A stretch of DNA of 64,000 bases from Abditibacteriaceae bacterium (lineage in GTDB: Bacteria; Armatimonadota; Abditibacteriia; Abditibacteriales; Abditibacteriaceae), in the NCBI GenBank assembly GCA_965277285.1, contig OZ255721.1:1888001-1952000 (forward strand), given 5' to 3'. Numbering within the stretch: position 1 is the stretch's first letter; every line of letters starts with the position of its first letter. The translations under genes and the position numbers were made by a program. The notes beneath the pieces were generated by a model. It was not told the origin of the DNA and ran no database searches. It was given only the letters and a program-made list of their open reading frames with translations. Of this stretch, positions 19,053 to 28,717 are shown one piece after another.

Positions 19053-20177
19053 ATGAGCGTAAAACGAATAGCTGTTCTGACGGGCGGCGGCGATTGCCCC
19101 GGCCTCAACCCGACCATTAAAGGCGTTGTGACGCGCGCCGCCGATCACGGCATCGAAGTCTTGGGCTTGCAAAACGGCTGGAAATCGCTGGTTTCCGCCG
19201 AACCGATTTATCGCACTTTGAGCGTGGACGATGTGCGTCCGATCATCAAGCAGGGCGGAACGATGCTGCACACCAGCCGCACCAACGCCTACGACAAAAC
19301 CAAGCCCGATTACCTGCCGAACCTCGTCCGCAATGTCGAAAAACTGGGCATTGACGCCATTGTCTCCATCGGCGGCGACGACACACTTTCCGTCGCCTCG
19401 CGCTTGACCAAAGGCGACGGAGTTTCCAAGCCAGTTCCGTGCGTTGGCGTGCCTAAAACTATGGACAACGATGTATTCGGCACCGATCAATGCTTCGGCT
19501 TCGATACCGCGACAACTTTGGCCGTTGAAGCCGTGCAGCGTTTACGCGACACCGCGGACAGCCACAATCGCGTTATCGTACTGGAAGTTTTCGGTCGCAA
19601 AGCGGGCTGGACGGCGCTTTATACCGCGATTGCTGCCGATGCCGATTACGTCCTGATTCCCGAAGAAAATCCCGCCAACTTGGAAGGCTTGTTCGCCAAA
19701 TTGCGCGAAGTCAAAAAGCGCCGCGATTATGCTTTGGTCGTGGTCGCTGAAGGCGCCGATCATCCCGATCTGGATGTGTGGGCGAAAGAAATCGCTGAAG
19801 GCTTGAACGGTACACGTTTGGGCGAAATGTCGGTTGAAATCGACAGTTTCGGGCACCCGATTTTGAAAGAGCGTCGCGTTGGCGATTGGTGCGCGTATCA
19901 AATCAAGAAAGAACTGGGCTGGGACACGCGCACTTCGGTCATGGCGCACCTGATGCGCGGCGGCGAACCAACGTTGGTCGACAGAATCTTAGGCGCACGT
20001 TTGGGCGTCGCCGCTGCCGATTACGCGCACGAAGGCAAGTTCGGCGTGATGGCGGCCTTGAAAGGTCAGGAAATTGTGCCTTTCCCGCTGGAACAATTGA
20101 CCGACGCTAATGGCAAAAGCATCACGCGCGATGTCACGCCGGAATACATCGAGTTCGGCAAAATCGTGATGAAGTAG
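19053..20177 (+). CDS. pfkA: 6-phosphofructokinase, group III (PPi-type signature)
   Basis: 'VLTGGGDCPGLN', 'GGTMLHTSR', 'IGGDDT', 'GVPKTMDND', 'EVFGRKAGW', 'HLMRGG'. Confidence 0.9.
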   Translation: MSVKRIAVLTGGGDCPGLNPTIKGVVTRAADHGIEVLGLQNGWKSLVSAEPIYRTLSVDDVRPIIKQGGTMLHTSRTNAYDKTKPDYLPNLVRNVEKLGIDAIVSIGGDDTLSVASRLTKGDGVSKPVPCVGVPKTMDNDVFGTDQCFGFDTATTLAVEAVQRLRDTADSHNRVIVLEVFGRKAGWTALYTAIAADADYVLIPEENPANLEGLFAKLREVKKRRDYALVVVAEGADHPDLDVWAKEIAEGLNGTRLGEMSVEIDSFGHPILKERRVGDWCAYQIKKELGWDTRTSVMAHLMRGGEPTLVDRILGARLGVAAADYAHEGKFGVMAALKGQEIVPFPLEQLTDANGKSITRDVTPEYIEFGKIVMK

Positions 20178-20190
20178 TAATTGCGACGGT

Positions 20191-20227
20191 TAAGCGGGAG
20201 TCAGTCGTTTTGGCTTCCGCTTATTTT
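20191..20227 (+). terminator. Intrinsic terminator after pfk
   Basis: taagcgggagtca / tggcttccgctta stem followed by TTTT. Confidence 0.65.
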
Positions 20228-20250
20228 CGAGTACTCGATTGGAGCTTGGT

Positions 20251-20493
20251 ATGTCGAATGCAACTTACGCTGTCACAGAACTTAATGTCGAAGGGCTACT
20301 AAAACCTGATTCTGTTGCCTTCGAGGTTCCCGAGTTTCAGCGTCGCTACGCTTGGCGTTCTGAAGAAGTTGAGGAGCTGTTGGCTGACCTTTACGAATGT
20401 TGTGCGCAGCAAGCCGCACAGTCGCTGAACAATATTGCCACTGTATTTTTATCGCCACTTCTAAATTGCCCCTATAATCAAGTACTCGATTGA
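20251..20493 (+). pseudogene. N-terminal fragment of a DUF262 (GmrSD-like) protein
   Basis: 'FEVPEFQRRYAWRSEEVEELLADL' is the DUF262 N-terminal motif (PxFQRxYxW). Similarity ends after about 50 aa and the DGQQR motif is missing. Confidence 0.6.
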
Positions 20494-20510
20494 GCGACGA
20501 TGTAGGTGGG

Positions 20511-20957
20511 TCATAGATAAATATAATCAATAATTTCGTTGCGCTTTGGCCCGTTGACCATCCAGCGCACAAGAATCGTTTCATCTTCCAAACGCAAAGT
20601 CGCCGAATAGCAATCGTCGCGGCACGGATGAGGATGAATTTCGCGCCATGTTCCGTCAGCATCGCACGCCATATCGAACAGAAAAACCGGATTGTCGACA
20701 CCGAAACGGAGATGCTCCAGACGAATGTTGTCTTCTATTTGCGTCCAACGAAACGTGTTGCGAAAGTTCATTTCCTGACCGTCGGGTTTGCGAAACTGGC
20801 CGCATTCTTCAAAAACGAGGACGTGGAAAGCAGGCCGCGACACTTTGACAACGCCAATCGCCGCGCCGTCCCAGCCGATGCCACTTTTGCTTTCCGCCTT
20901 GAATTGGACAACAGCGACGCTGCCCAATTTTCGCCAAACGTTGGAGATTGAACTCAT
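20511..20957 (-). CDS. DUF6314-like protein
   Basis: 'EECGQF', 'NTFRWT', 'HPCRDDCYSA', 'WMVNGPKRN' pattern. Confidence 0.6.
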   Translation of the reverse strand: MSSISNVWRKLGSVAVVQFKAESKSGIGWDGAAIGVVKVSRPAFHVLVFEECGQFRKPDGQEMNFRNTFRWTQIEDNIRLEHLRFGVDNPVFLFDMACDADGTWREIHPHPCRDDCYSATLRLEDETILVRWMVNGPKRNEIIDYIYL

Positions 20958-20990
20958 TCTGTTTTGTCCGTCGAATCGAGTACTCGATTA

Positions 20991-21847
20991 GAGCGTGTTC
21001 TTAACTTTGTCAAACTGTGCGGCTATGAACAACATCCGCAGAGGCTATCCCAGTGACGTGAGCGACGACGAGTGGGCGTTTGTGGCGCCCTACCTGACCT
21101 TGATGCGAGAAGACGCTTTTCAGCGCACCTATGACTTGCGCGAGGTGTTCAACGCTTTGCGCTATGTGGTGAGAACCGGCGCAGCGTGGCGCTATGTGCC
21201 TTGTGACTTTCCACCCTGGCGCGCGGTTTACCAGCAGACCCAGCGCTGGCTGCAAGCGGGTGTGTTCGAGAACATGGTGCATGACCTGCGTGAAGTGTTG
21301 CGTGTGGGACAAGAGCGAGTGCCTCAGCCCACAGCCGCCATCCTCGACTCGCGCACGGTGCAAGGCACGCCTGAAAGCGCCGGGCACGCCGGCTATGACG
21401 GCTACAAGCGCAAAAAGGGCAGTAAGGTGCATCTGGCGGTGGATACTCTGGGGCATTTGCTGGCGTTGCGCGTTACGGCGGCCAACGAGGGCGACCGGGC
21501 CCAAGTGGCGGCGTTGGCGCAGGCCATCCAAGAAGTGACGGGACAAAGTGTCGAAGTAGCTTATGTTGACCAAGGCTATACTGGAGCAGAGACAGCCCAA
21601 GAAGCGCAGGAACACGATATCCGTTTGGAAGTGGTCAAACTGCAAGAAGCCAAGCGCGGCTTTGTGTTGTTGCCTAAGCGGTGGGTGGTCGAACGCTCTT
21701 TTGCGTGGGCGACGCGCTTTCGTCGCTTGGCCAAAGACTACGAACGTTTGCCCGAAACAGTAGCGGGCTTGCACTTCTTGGCCTTCGCTTGCTTGATGTT
21801 GGCTCAGATTAGTCCCTTCCTCTCCACCATAAGTTAAGAACACGCTC
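20991..21847 (+). mobile_element. Complete IS5-family insertion sequence (857 bp)
   Basis: 17-bp perfect terminal IRs GAGCGTGTTCTTAACTT (20991-21007 / 21831-21847), TA on both flanks as probable target duplication, single transposase ORF. Confidence 0.93.
21025..21837 (+). CDS. IS5-family DDE transposase
   Basis: '[10 protein letters not shown]', 'DFPPW', 'ILDSRTV', '[21 protein letters not shown]', 'YVDQGY', '[10 protein letters not shown]...RRLAKDYE'; the stop lies in the right IR. Confidence 0.95.
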   Translation: MNNIRRGYPSDVSDDEWAFVAPYLTLMREDAFQRTYDLREVFNALRYVVRTGAAWRYVPCDFPPWRAVYQQTQRWLQAGVFENMVHDLREVLRVGQERVPQPTAAILDSRTVQGTPESAGHAGYDGYKRKKGSKVHLAVDTLGHLLALRVTAANEGDRAQVAALAQAIQEVTGQSVEVAYVDQGYTGAETAQEAQEHDIRLEVVKLQEAKRGFVLLPKRWVVERSFAWATRFRRLAKDYERLPETVAGLHFLAFACLMLAQISPFLSTIS

Positions 21848-21928
21848 TAAGAGAAGATAGCGCCGGTTCATGACACAGCGAAGCTGAGAGTGTGCAGGGA
21901 AAGTAGGGAAAGTAGGGAAAAGGTGCAG

Positions 21929-22101
21929 AAACCGCTCGAAACTCGCAGTTTGTCATTCTGAGTGCAGCGAAGAATCTATATCAGGTAGTGGCTCAAATGG
22001 TGAGTTGTTTGACTGTCAACGAACCCTGAGCCACTACTCTATATCATAAGTCAGATTCTTCGCTGCGCTCAGAATGACAAACTGTGAGTTTCGAGCGGTT
22101 T
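21929..22101. repeat. REP/REPIN-like element, family A, long form
   Basis: 49-bp arms at 21929-21977 / 22053-22101 plus an inner gtagtggctca / tgagccactac pair. Confidence 0.8.
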
Positions 22102-22267
22102 GCTCACTTTCTATACAGCCTTTGAGTATCTTTTGGGCGCATATCAGCGAGGTTGACTTGCGAAAAGATAATCTTGCAAGACGTTCCACAAACGGATTTC
22201 AACCCAGGCTTGGTTCAATGTCTGTTTCTTTCTCCTCACATCTGGCAACTTGGGTAAACTCTTTCCA

Positions 22268-23314
22268 ATGTTACCCACCCAAGATTTGAATGTCACCGAA
22301 CTGATTCGTTTAAGCCCTCCCTGCGCACTCAAAAGCGAGTTGGCGATGACGGCGAAAGCCAATCGCGCGATAGTTGAAGCGCGCTCCACCATCCAACGTA
22401 TTTTGCACTACGAAGACCCGCGCCTGCTCGTTGTCGTGGGGCCGTGTTCCATTCATGATACGCAAGGCGCTCTGGAATACGCGCGCAAGCTGGCGCAACT
22501 GCGCGACGAGTTGAACGACAAACTTTACATCGTGATGCGCGTTTATTTTGAAAAGCCGCGCACCACAGTTGGCTGGAAAGGTCTGATTAACGATCCGCAT
22601 CTCGATGACAGCTACGACATCGAAACCGGTCTTCATCAGGCGCGGCAGTTGTTGCTCGACATCGTGGATTTGGGCTTGCCGACAGCCACCGAGTTCCTGG
22701 ATTCGATTGTGCCGCAATACATCGGCGACTTGGTGAGTTGGGCCGCTATCGGCGCACGCACCACGGAATCGCAGACGCATCGTGAAATGGCCAGCGGCCT
22801 TTCGATGCCGGTCGGCTTCAAAAACTCGACGGACGGCAACCTTCAAATCGCCCTGGACGCGATGCAGGCGGCGCGCGCGCCACACAGCTTCCTGGGTGTT
22901 GACCAGGACGGTTTTACAGCTATTGTCCGCACCAAAGGCAACCCTTACGGGCACGTCGTGTTGCGCGGCGGACGCTCTGGCACCAACTACGACGCGGCGA
23001 GCATCGAGGAAGCGGTCAAGGCGTTGCAAAAGGCCGGGCAAACACCGTCTCTGATGGTCGATTGCAGTCACGCGAACTCCAACAAGCAGTATGCGCAGCA
23101 AGAAGAAGTCGCGCGCAGCGTGGTCGCTCAGCGTGTCGCGGGCAACACGGCTTTAATCGGCCTGATGTTGGAAAGCTATCTCCAAGCGGGCAATCAGCCG
23201 CTGACGGCTCATCTCAGCGATCTCAAATACGGCGTCAGCATCACCGACGCCTGCATCGACTGGCCAACCACCGAGCGCATTCTTCGCCAAGCCCACCAAC
23301 AGTTATCAAAATGA
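22268..23314 (+). CDS. aroG: 3-deoxy-7-phosphoheptulonate (DAHP) synthase, class I alpha
   Basis: 'VVGPCSIHD', 'MRVYFEKPRTTVGWKGL', 'AIGARTTESQTHRE', 'MVDCSHANS', 'YGVSITDAC'. Confidence 0.93.
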   Translation: MLPTQDLNVTELIRLSPPCALKSELAMTAKANRAIVEARSTIQRILHYEDPRLLVVVGPCSIHDTQGALEYARKLAQLRDELNDKLYIVMRVYFEKPRTTVGWKGLINDPHLDDSYDIETGLHQARQLLLDIVDLGLPTATEFLDSIVPQYIGDLVSWAAIGARTTESQTHREMASGLSMPVGFKNSTDGNLQIALDAMQAARAPHSFLGVDQDGFTAIVRTKGNPYGHVVLRGGRSGTNYDAASIEEAVKALQKAGQTPSLMVDCSHANSNKQYAQQEEVARSVVAQRVAGNTALIGLMLESYLQAGNQPLTAHLSDLKYGVSITDACIDWPTTERILRQAHQQLSK

Positions 23315-23490
23315 CGAAAAGCGACACCTTCACAGGGTATGTGAGGGTGTTGCGATGTCGAATCGAGTACTCGATTTTAGCGATGATGACGATGCGGCTT
23401 AATAGCGAACTCGATTACGAGTTTAGGTGCCGAAGTTGAGATAGACGAAAGAGCAAAGCCGTGAATTGTTGAATGCAGCATTGGAAAATG

Positions 23491-24303
23491 TCATTCCTCT
23501 ACTCTGAATGGATACAGCGGGAACGCGTCTTTCCTAACTGCAAATAGTATTAGAATTTTGCCTTGCGAATAACCGAGGACAATTTGTCTAACACTGCTCT
23601 CAGCATAAAAGCACTGCGGCAACAGTTCATCTATCTGTCTAAGTCCGTCTTGAAAAAACGTATCAATGTCCTCTTCGCTGGGGTTTGTAAGAATAGCCTT
23701 GATATTAAGTGGCTGGCCGTTGTGTTCAGTTGAAATATCCAACACCAAAAGTCGGTCAGCCACTGTACTCCTGCGCTCCATCAATTTCTTGATATGCCCT
23801 TTAAGAGCGTCCCAAGTGTCAGACCCCATTTTCTGCAGAAAGCCGCCAGCAAACGCTGCAAAAGCGAATGCGCCCCCAATTGTTAGAACACTAACGGGAT
23901 CAACCGACTTCTTGATTGTTTCTTGTGCTTCTGAACCAAAAATAGTTGCGATTGCCTTGATGTGTGCTTGAGATTCCTCATCGCGGAAGGCTCTGTCGTA
24001 ATTTACTTCTAAGTTATCGTAAGTCTTGACAGGTATTTCTCGTGGATCGTCGGCAAGAGGAACCTCCTCACCTGGCTCAAAAAGTTCGGCCACTCCCTCG
24101 ATTGCCAAAGCGCCGTCATCAAGCCGTTTCACAATCGCGCTAACGAGCCGTCCTTGTGGCGGAAGACGTGGGTCATGCTGAATATCAATTGGCACGTAGC
24201 TCTCTTTAAAGCCTTCCAGCATAGTCTCAAAATACTCTTCGGGGATAACTTCTCCGTCGAGGTCTGGGTGCGATGTAGCTAATATTCCGTGAACGTATTG
24301 CAT
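23491..24303 (-). CDS. Hypothetical protein, AT-rich; N-terminus resembles phage prohead protease-like domains
   Basis: Probable start MQYVHG at 24303. 'PDLDGEVI...PIDIQHD...PQGRL' pattern; one hydrophobic segment. Confidence 0.55.
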   Translation of the reverse strand: MQYVHGILATSHPDLDGEVIPEEYFETMLEGFKESYVPIDIQHDPRLPPQGRLVSAIVKRLDDGALAIEGVAELFEPGEEVPLADDPREIPVKTYDNLEVNYDRAFRDEESQAHIKAIATIFGSEAQETIKKSVDPVSVLTIGGAFAFAAFAGGFLQKMGSDTWDALKGHIKKLMERRSTVADRLLVLDISTEHNGQPLNIKAILTNPSEEDIDTFFQDGLRQIDELLPQCFYAESSVRQIVLGYSQGKILILFAVRKDAFPLYPFRVEE

Positions 24304-24506
24304 ACCGTTTATTATATCCAAAGTTTTTGGCTTCTAAAAAACTGTACGCACTGAAGAGCTGATTGGTCATCTTTATATTGTTGTTGATCATCGAGTACTC
24401 GATTGCGCCCGTTCGCACCTTGAATGCGCGCGTTGTGTCGGGCATCCTTAAAGCGTCGAAAGAAAGCATCAAACAGGCGCGCCCAACCGCGCGACGAAGG
24501 AACCAC

Positions 24507-26042
24507 ATGAGCTATTCTGCCAACTATGCGATTCAGTGCGAAGGCGATGTTTGCCACATCATCAGCGTCGGCGCTGGGCCGGTTTCGCGCACCGTGCCGC
24601 CCTGCATCCTGACGATTTTCGGTGCCACCGGCGACCTGACGCAGCGCAAATTGATTCCCGCGATTTACGATCTCGCCGTCGAGAAAATGCTGCCCGCCAA
24701 CTTCGCCGTCGTCGGTTATGGTCGCCGTCCCAAAGATGAAAACGAACTGCGCGGCGAGTTTTTGCAAGGCGTCAAAGAGTTCGCGCGCCTGCCCTTCAAC
24801 GAAGAAACCTGGAAAAACCTGGCTGATCGCATTTTCTATCAGGCAGGCGCTTACGACAAAGCGGAAAGTTTCGATGCCTTGCATGTTCGCCTGGCCGAAG
24901 TCGACGAAAAGTGCGGCACGCAGGGCAACCGAATGTATTATGTGGCGACGCCGCCCGGCGAATTCGCGCCCATCATCGAAAATCTGGGCGAAAAGAAAAA
25001 CACGGGTTTTCGTCGCATCATCGTCGAGAAACCGTTTGGCCGCAACCTCAAAACGGCGCACGACTTGAACGAGCAGCTTGGTCGTTATTTCGATGAAACC
25101 GATGTGTTTCGCATCGACCATTATCTGGGCAAGGAAACGGTGCAGAACATTCTCGCTCTGCGCTTTGCCAACTCGATTTGGGAGCCTTTGTGGAACAGCC
25201 GCTACATCGATCATGTGCAGATCGTGGTCGCCGAAGAAGTGGGCGTCGGCAAGCGCGGCGGCTATTACGAGACATCAGGCGCTTTCCGCGATATGGTGGA
25301 AAACCACATGATGCAGCTTTTGACTTTGGTGGCGATGGAAGCGCCGGTCGCGCTGGATGCCAACGCCATACGCGACGAAAAAGTCAAAGTTTTGCGCGGC
25401 GTGCGTCACATGAGCGACGAAGACGTTTTGAAGAACACGATTCGCGCGCAGTATGATGGCTACAAAAGCGAAGAAGGCGTGGCGCCCGATTCGCGCGTGG
25501 AAACTTATGTCGCTTTGAAATTATTTGTCGATAACTGGCGTTGGGCGGGCGTGCCGTTTTACATGCGGCACGGCAAGAGTTTGGAGGCGCGCGCGACCGA
25601 AATCGTGATTCGCTTCAAGGACACGCCGAGCGTTTTGTTCAACGATACGGGCAGCGCTTTGAAATCGAATTTGTTGACGTTGCGCATTCAGCCGAACGAA
25701 GGCCACGATTTGCGCTTGAACGCCAAAGTTCCGGGCAGCGGCATGGAAATCCGCGACGTTCACATGGATTTCGATTACAGCGAAGCCTTTGGCGCCGAGC
25801 CGCCTGAGGCCTATGAACGCTTGCTGCACGACGCGATGTTGGGCGATGGAACGCTGTTCACGCGCCGCGATGAAGTCGAAGTCGCGTGGAACATCGCCGA
25901 CCAGATTTTGAACGCGTGGCAAAGCGCATCGGCGCCATTCGAGTACTCGAAAGGAAGCTGGGGGCCAGACGAAGCCGACGAATTTATGGCGCGCGATGGC
26001 CGCCGCTGGCATCAACCCAGCATCGCAAAGAAAGAAGGCTGA
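24507..26042 (+). CDS. zwf: Glucose-6-phosphate 1-dehydrogenase
   Basis: 'IFGATGDL', 'VEKPFG', 'RIDHYLGKETVQN', 'NWRWAGVPFY', 'PEAYERLL'. Confidence 0.96.
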   Translation: MSYSANYAIQCEGDVCHIISVGAGPVSRTVPPCILTIFGATGDLTQRKLIPAIYDLAVEKMLPANFAVVGYGRRPKDENELRGEFLQGVKEFARLPFNEETWKNLADRIFYQAGAYDKAESFDALHVRLAEVDEKCGTQGNRMYYVATPPGEFAPIIENLGEKKNTGFRRIIVEKPFGRNLKTAHDLNEQLGRYFDETDVFRIDHYLGKETVQNILALRFANSIWEPLWNSRYIDHVQIVVAEEVGVGKRGGYYETSGAFRDMVENHMMQLLTLVAMEAPVALDANAIRDEKVKVLRGVRHMSDEDVLKNTIRAQYDGYKSEEGVAPDSRVETYVALKLFVDNWRWAGVPFYMRHGKSLEARATEIVIRFKDTPSVLFNDTGSALKSNLLTLRIQPNEGHDLRLNAKVPGSGMEIRDVHMDFDYSEAFGAEPPEAYERLLHDAMLGDGTLFTRRDEVEVAWNIADQILNAWQSASAPFEYSKGSWGPDEADEFMARDGRRWHQPSIAKKEG

Positions 26043-26045
26043 TTG

Positions 26046-26218
26046 AACCGCCAAGACGCGGAGACGCAGAGAAGAGTGAGAGAGTGCAAGTAAGAGTGCG
26101 TCATTCTGAGCGCAGCGAAGAATCTAACTGAACATAGATTCTTCGCTGCGCTCAGAATGACGAGGTATTACTTTCGAGTACTCGGTTATTTTCTCTGCGC
26201 CTTCGCGTCTCTGCGGTT
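26046..26218. repeat. Nested REP-like hairpins (family A inside an AACCGCxAAGACGC-type inverted repeat)
   Basis: Perfect 28-bp family A arms at 26099-26126 / 26135-26162 with loop actgaaca, inside imperfect outer arms at 26046-26073 / 26191-26218. Confidence 0.8.
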
Positions 26219-26227
26219 TATTTTCTT

Positions 26228-26953
26228 ATGAAATTAGAAATTATCGTTCGCGCGACGACTGAAGAAGTCATCGAGAAAGCGGCGCAATTGTTTGTCGAAG
26301 TGGCGCGCGAAAGTATCGGTTTGCGCGGGCGTTTTCTGGTCGCGCTTTCCGGTGGTTCGACGCCGCGCGCTTTGCATTTGAAATTGGCGAGCGATGAGTT
26401 TCGTTCTCAACTCGATTGGCAACACGTTCATATTTTCTTCGGCGATGAACGTGCAGTTGGTTCTGATGACGAACGCTCGAACGCTCGCATGGCGCGCGAA
26501 TCGTTGCTCGACCTGGTGCCGATTCCGCCGCACAACGTTCATTTTATGCGCGGCGATGCCACCGATTTGAACGACGCGGCGCGCGAATACGGCTTGTTGT
26601 TGCAAGAGTTTGGCAGCCTCGATTTGATTCTGCTCGGTATGGGCGACGATGGCCACACGGCGTCGTTGTTCCCGCATTCGCCGCAATTGAAAGAAACCAA
26701 ACATCGCTGCGTGGCGACGCCGATTTCACCGACTGAACCGAAATTGCCGCGCCTGACGATGACATTTCCCTTCATCAACAGCGCGCATTATGTTCTGGTT
26801 TTGGTCACGGGAAAAGGCAAAGCCGAACGCATCACGCAAGTGCTGCCGCTGGTGCAATCGAGTACTCGAAACGTGGAAGAACTGCCGATTACGAACCTTC
26901 AGCCGGAAAACGGCACTTTGACGTGGTTATTGGATGAAGCGGCGTCTGGTTAA
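26228..26953 (+). CDS. pgl: 6-phosphogluconolactonase
   Basis: 'ALSGGSTP', 'FFGDERAV', 'LLGMGDDGHTASLFP', 'RLTMT'; follows zwf. Confidence 0.95.
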   Translation: MKLEIIVRATTEEVIEKAAQLFVEVARESIGLRGRFLVALSGGSTPRALHLKLASDEFRSQLDWQHVHIFFGDERAVGSDDERSNARMARESLLDLVPIPPHNVHFMRGDATDLNDAAREYGLLLQEFGSLDLILLGMGDDGHTASLFPHSPQLKETKHRCVATPISPTEPKLPRLTMTFPFINSAHYVLVLVTGKGKAERITQVLPLVQSSTRNVEELPITNLQPENGTLTWLLDEAASG

Positions 26954-26957
26954 CGCA

Positions 26958-27350
26958 CTATTTAGCTCCAGCTTCTACGAGCAGTTGAATAACTTCTTCG
27001 GATGGATGCTGAGCATATTTCATAAACGCGAGCAGCGATTGACCAAGAGGACGAACGCCAACATCTGCGCCATGCTCAAGCAGGATTTTGACACATTTTT
27101 GATGCCCGCTACCAGCAGCTATCGAGAGAGCCGACTCGCCTGCTACATTATTAACCGAATTAATACTTGCCCCTCGTTCAAGCAGAAGAGTAAGAATGCG
27201 CGAATTGCCCTTGAACGCTGCGGACATCAAAAGAGTCCAGCCGTTTTTGTTAGTGAGATTGGGATCTCCGCCTTGATTTAGAAATGCTTCGATCTCCGCA
27301 AGCTTCCCATGTTTGGTAGCTTGATAGAGAACGTCAAAAGTTTCATCCAC
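26958..27350 (-). CDS. Ankyrin-repeat protein
   Basis: 'GWTLLMSAAFKGN', 'GESALSIAAGSGH...LLEHGADV'; AT-rich. Confidence 0.85.
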   Translation of the reverse strand: MDETFDVLYQATKHGKLAEIEAFLNQGGDPNLTNKNGWTLLMSAAFKGNSRILTLLLERGASINSVNNVAGESALSIAAGSGHQKCVKILLEHGADVGVRPLGQSLLAFMKYAQHPSEEVIQLLVEAGAK

Positions 27351-27558
27351 TGCTTTACCTACTTTTTGTAGAAGTCTTCGTCAGTCTAACTACGTCTGCA
27401 AAACATGGGACTTTGCTTAACTTTTACATTCTTCAACTTCTATGTCTCAAATATGTTTGCCTAACTAAAAAGCGCATCGAGTACTCGATGTTTTACGAAC
27501 TTTGCGGCGGCGCGATTTCTACCTGTAAATATAATTTGCGGCTTGAACAACTTGACTT

Positions 27559-28500
27559 ATGAATACTCGAACTTCCCTTGAACAGAACAGCGAAATTAAT
27601 TCGCCGTTGCGCCCGTTGTTTTCGGGCAATCCGGTTTTTCCTGGCTGGTATGCCGACCCGGAACTGCACATTTTTCAAAACCGCTATTACATTTATCCGA
27701 CGACTTCGCGCGATTTTGAAGAGCAGACGAACTTTGAAGTTTTTTCGTCCGATGATTTGACGAACTGGAAAAACGAGGGCGTCATTTTAGATTTCGCCGA
27801 TGTGCCGTGGAGCACCAATCGCGCGGCGTGGGCGCCGTCCTGCATCGAGCGCGACGGAAAATTTTACTTCTACTTTTCCGCAGGAGACGGCGCGGGTCTG
27901 GGAGTCGCGGTCGCCGATCATCCCACCGGGCCATTTCGTGACGCGATTGGAAAACCTCTCATCAGCGAATATCATCACGGCGCGCAGCCGATTGACGCGC
28001 ACGTTTTCTTGGATGACGACGGTCAGGCGTATTTGTATTATGGCGGCTGGCGTCATTGCGTCGCGGTGCGCTTGAAGGACAACATGATCGAGACGACGGG
28101 CGAATTCCGTGAAATCACGCCGCAGGGTTCGGCTTATGTGGAAGGTTCGTTTATGTTGAAACGTCACGGCGAATATTATTTCATGTGGAGCGAAGGCAAC
28201 TGGGGCGATTCGACGTATGCGGTCGCCTACGCGCGCTCAAACTCTCCGCTTGGGCCGTTCGATCATCGCGCGGTTGTGCTGCAAAGCGATTCGCAAATCG
28301 GGCTAGGCGCCGGTCATCATTCGATTCTGCAATTGCCCAACAGTGACGATTGGCTGATTTGCTACCATCGTCGCCCGATTGGAGAAACGAGCGGTCATCA
28401 TCGCGTGACGTGTTTAGATCGACTGGTCTTCAACGACGAAGGTGACATCGAACCTGTCGTTTTAACTGTCGAAGGCGTTGCCGCGCATCCGTTGACGTAG
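27559..28500 (+). CDS. Glycoside hydrolase family 43
   Basis: 'YADPE', 'AWAPS', 'PIDAHVFLDDDG', 'YVEG', 'GAGHHS'. Confidence 0.9.
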   Translation: MNTRTSLEQNSEINSPLRPLFSGNPVFPGWYADPELHIFQNRYYIYPTTSRDFEEQTNFEVFSSDDLTNWKNEGVILDFADVPWSTNRAAWAPSCIERDGKFYFYFSAGDGAGLGVAVADHPTGPFRDAIGKPLISEYHHGAQPIDAHVFLDDDGQAYLYYGGWRHCVAVRLKDNMIETTGEFREITPQGSAYVEGSFMLKRHGEYYFMWSEGNWGDSTYAVAYARSNSPLGPFDHRAVVLQSDSQIGLGAGHHSILQLPNSDDWLICYHRRPIGETSGHHRVTCLDRLVFNDEGDIEPVVLTVEGVAAHPLT

Positions 28501-28552
28501 GTTTGTGACAATCGAGTACTCGAAAACGGGAAAGTCGAGAATACGAGAGTGA

Positions 28553-28630
28553 CTTAACGAACCCTGAGCGTCAGCGACGGGCTTTATAAACTTATACAAG
28601 ACCCGTCGCTGACGCTCAGGGTTCGTTAAG
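28553..28630. repeat. REP/REPIN-like element, family B
   Basis: cttaacgaaccctgagcgtcagcgacggg / cccgtcgctgacgctcagggttcgttaag perfect arms. Confidence 0.8.
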
Positions 28631-28663
28631 CTACTGACTCATCAAGACATCACCGAAAATACA

Positions 28664-28701
28664 AAGAGCCACTGCAGAAACTAAGTTCTGCGGTGGCTCT
28701 T
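28664..28701 (-). terminator. Hairpin terminator between convergent genes
   Basis: aagagccactgcagaa / ttctgcggtggctctt stem, 16 bp beyond the stop at 28718. Confidence 0.55.
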
Positions 28702-28717
28702 GCTCGTGCTGCTCAGC

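Noticed and set aside
21895..21923. AGGGAAAGT tandem repeat as a G-quadruplex or functional array
   Set aside because: Only three G3 runs and three units; most likely slippage near the IS end.
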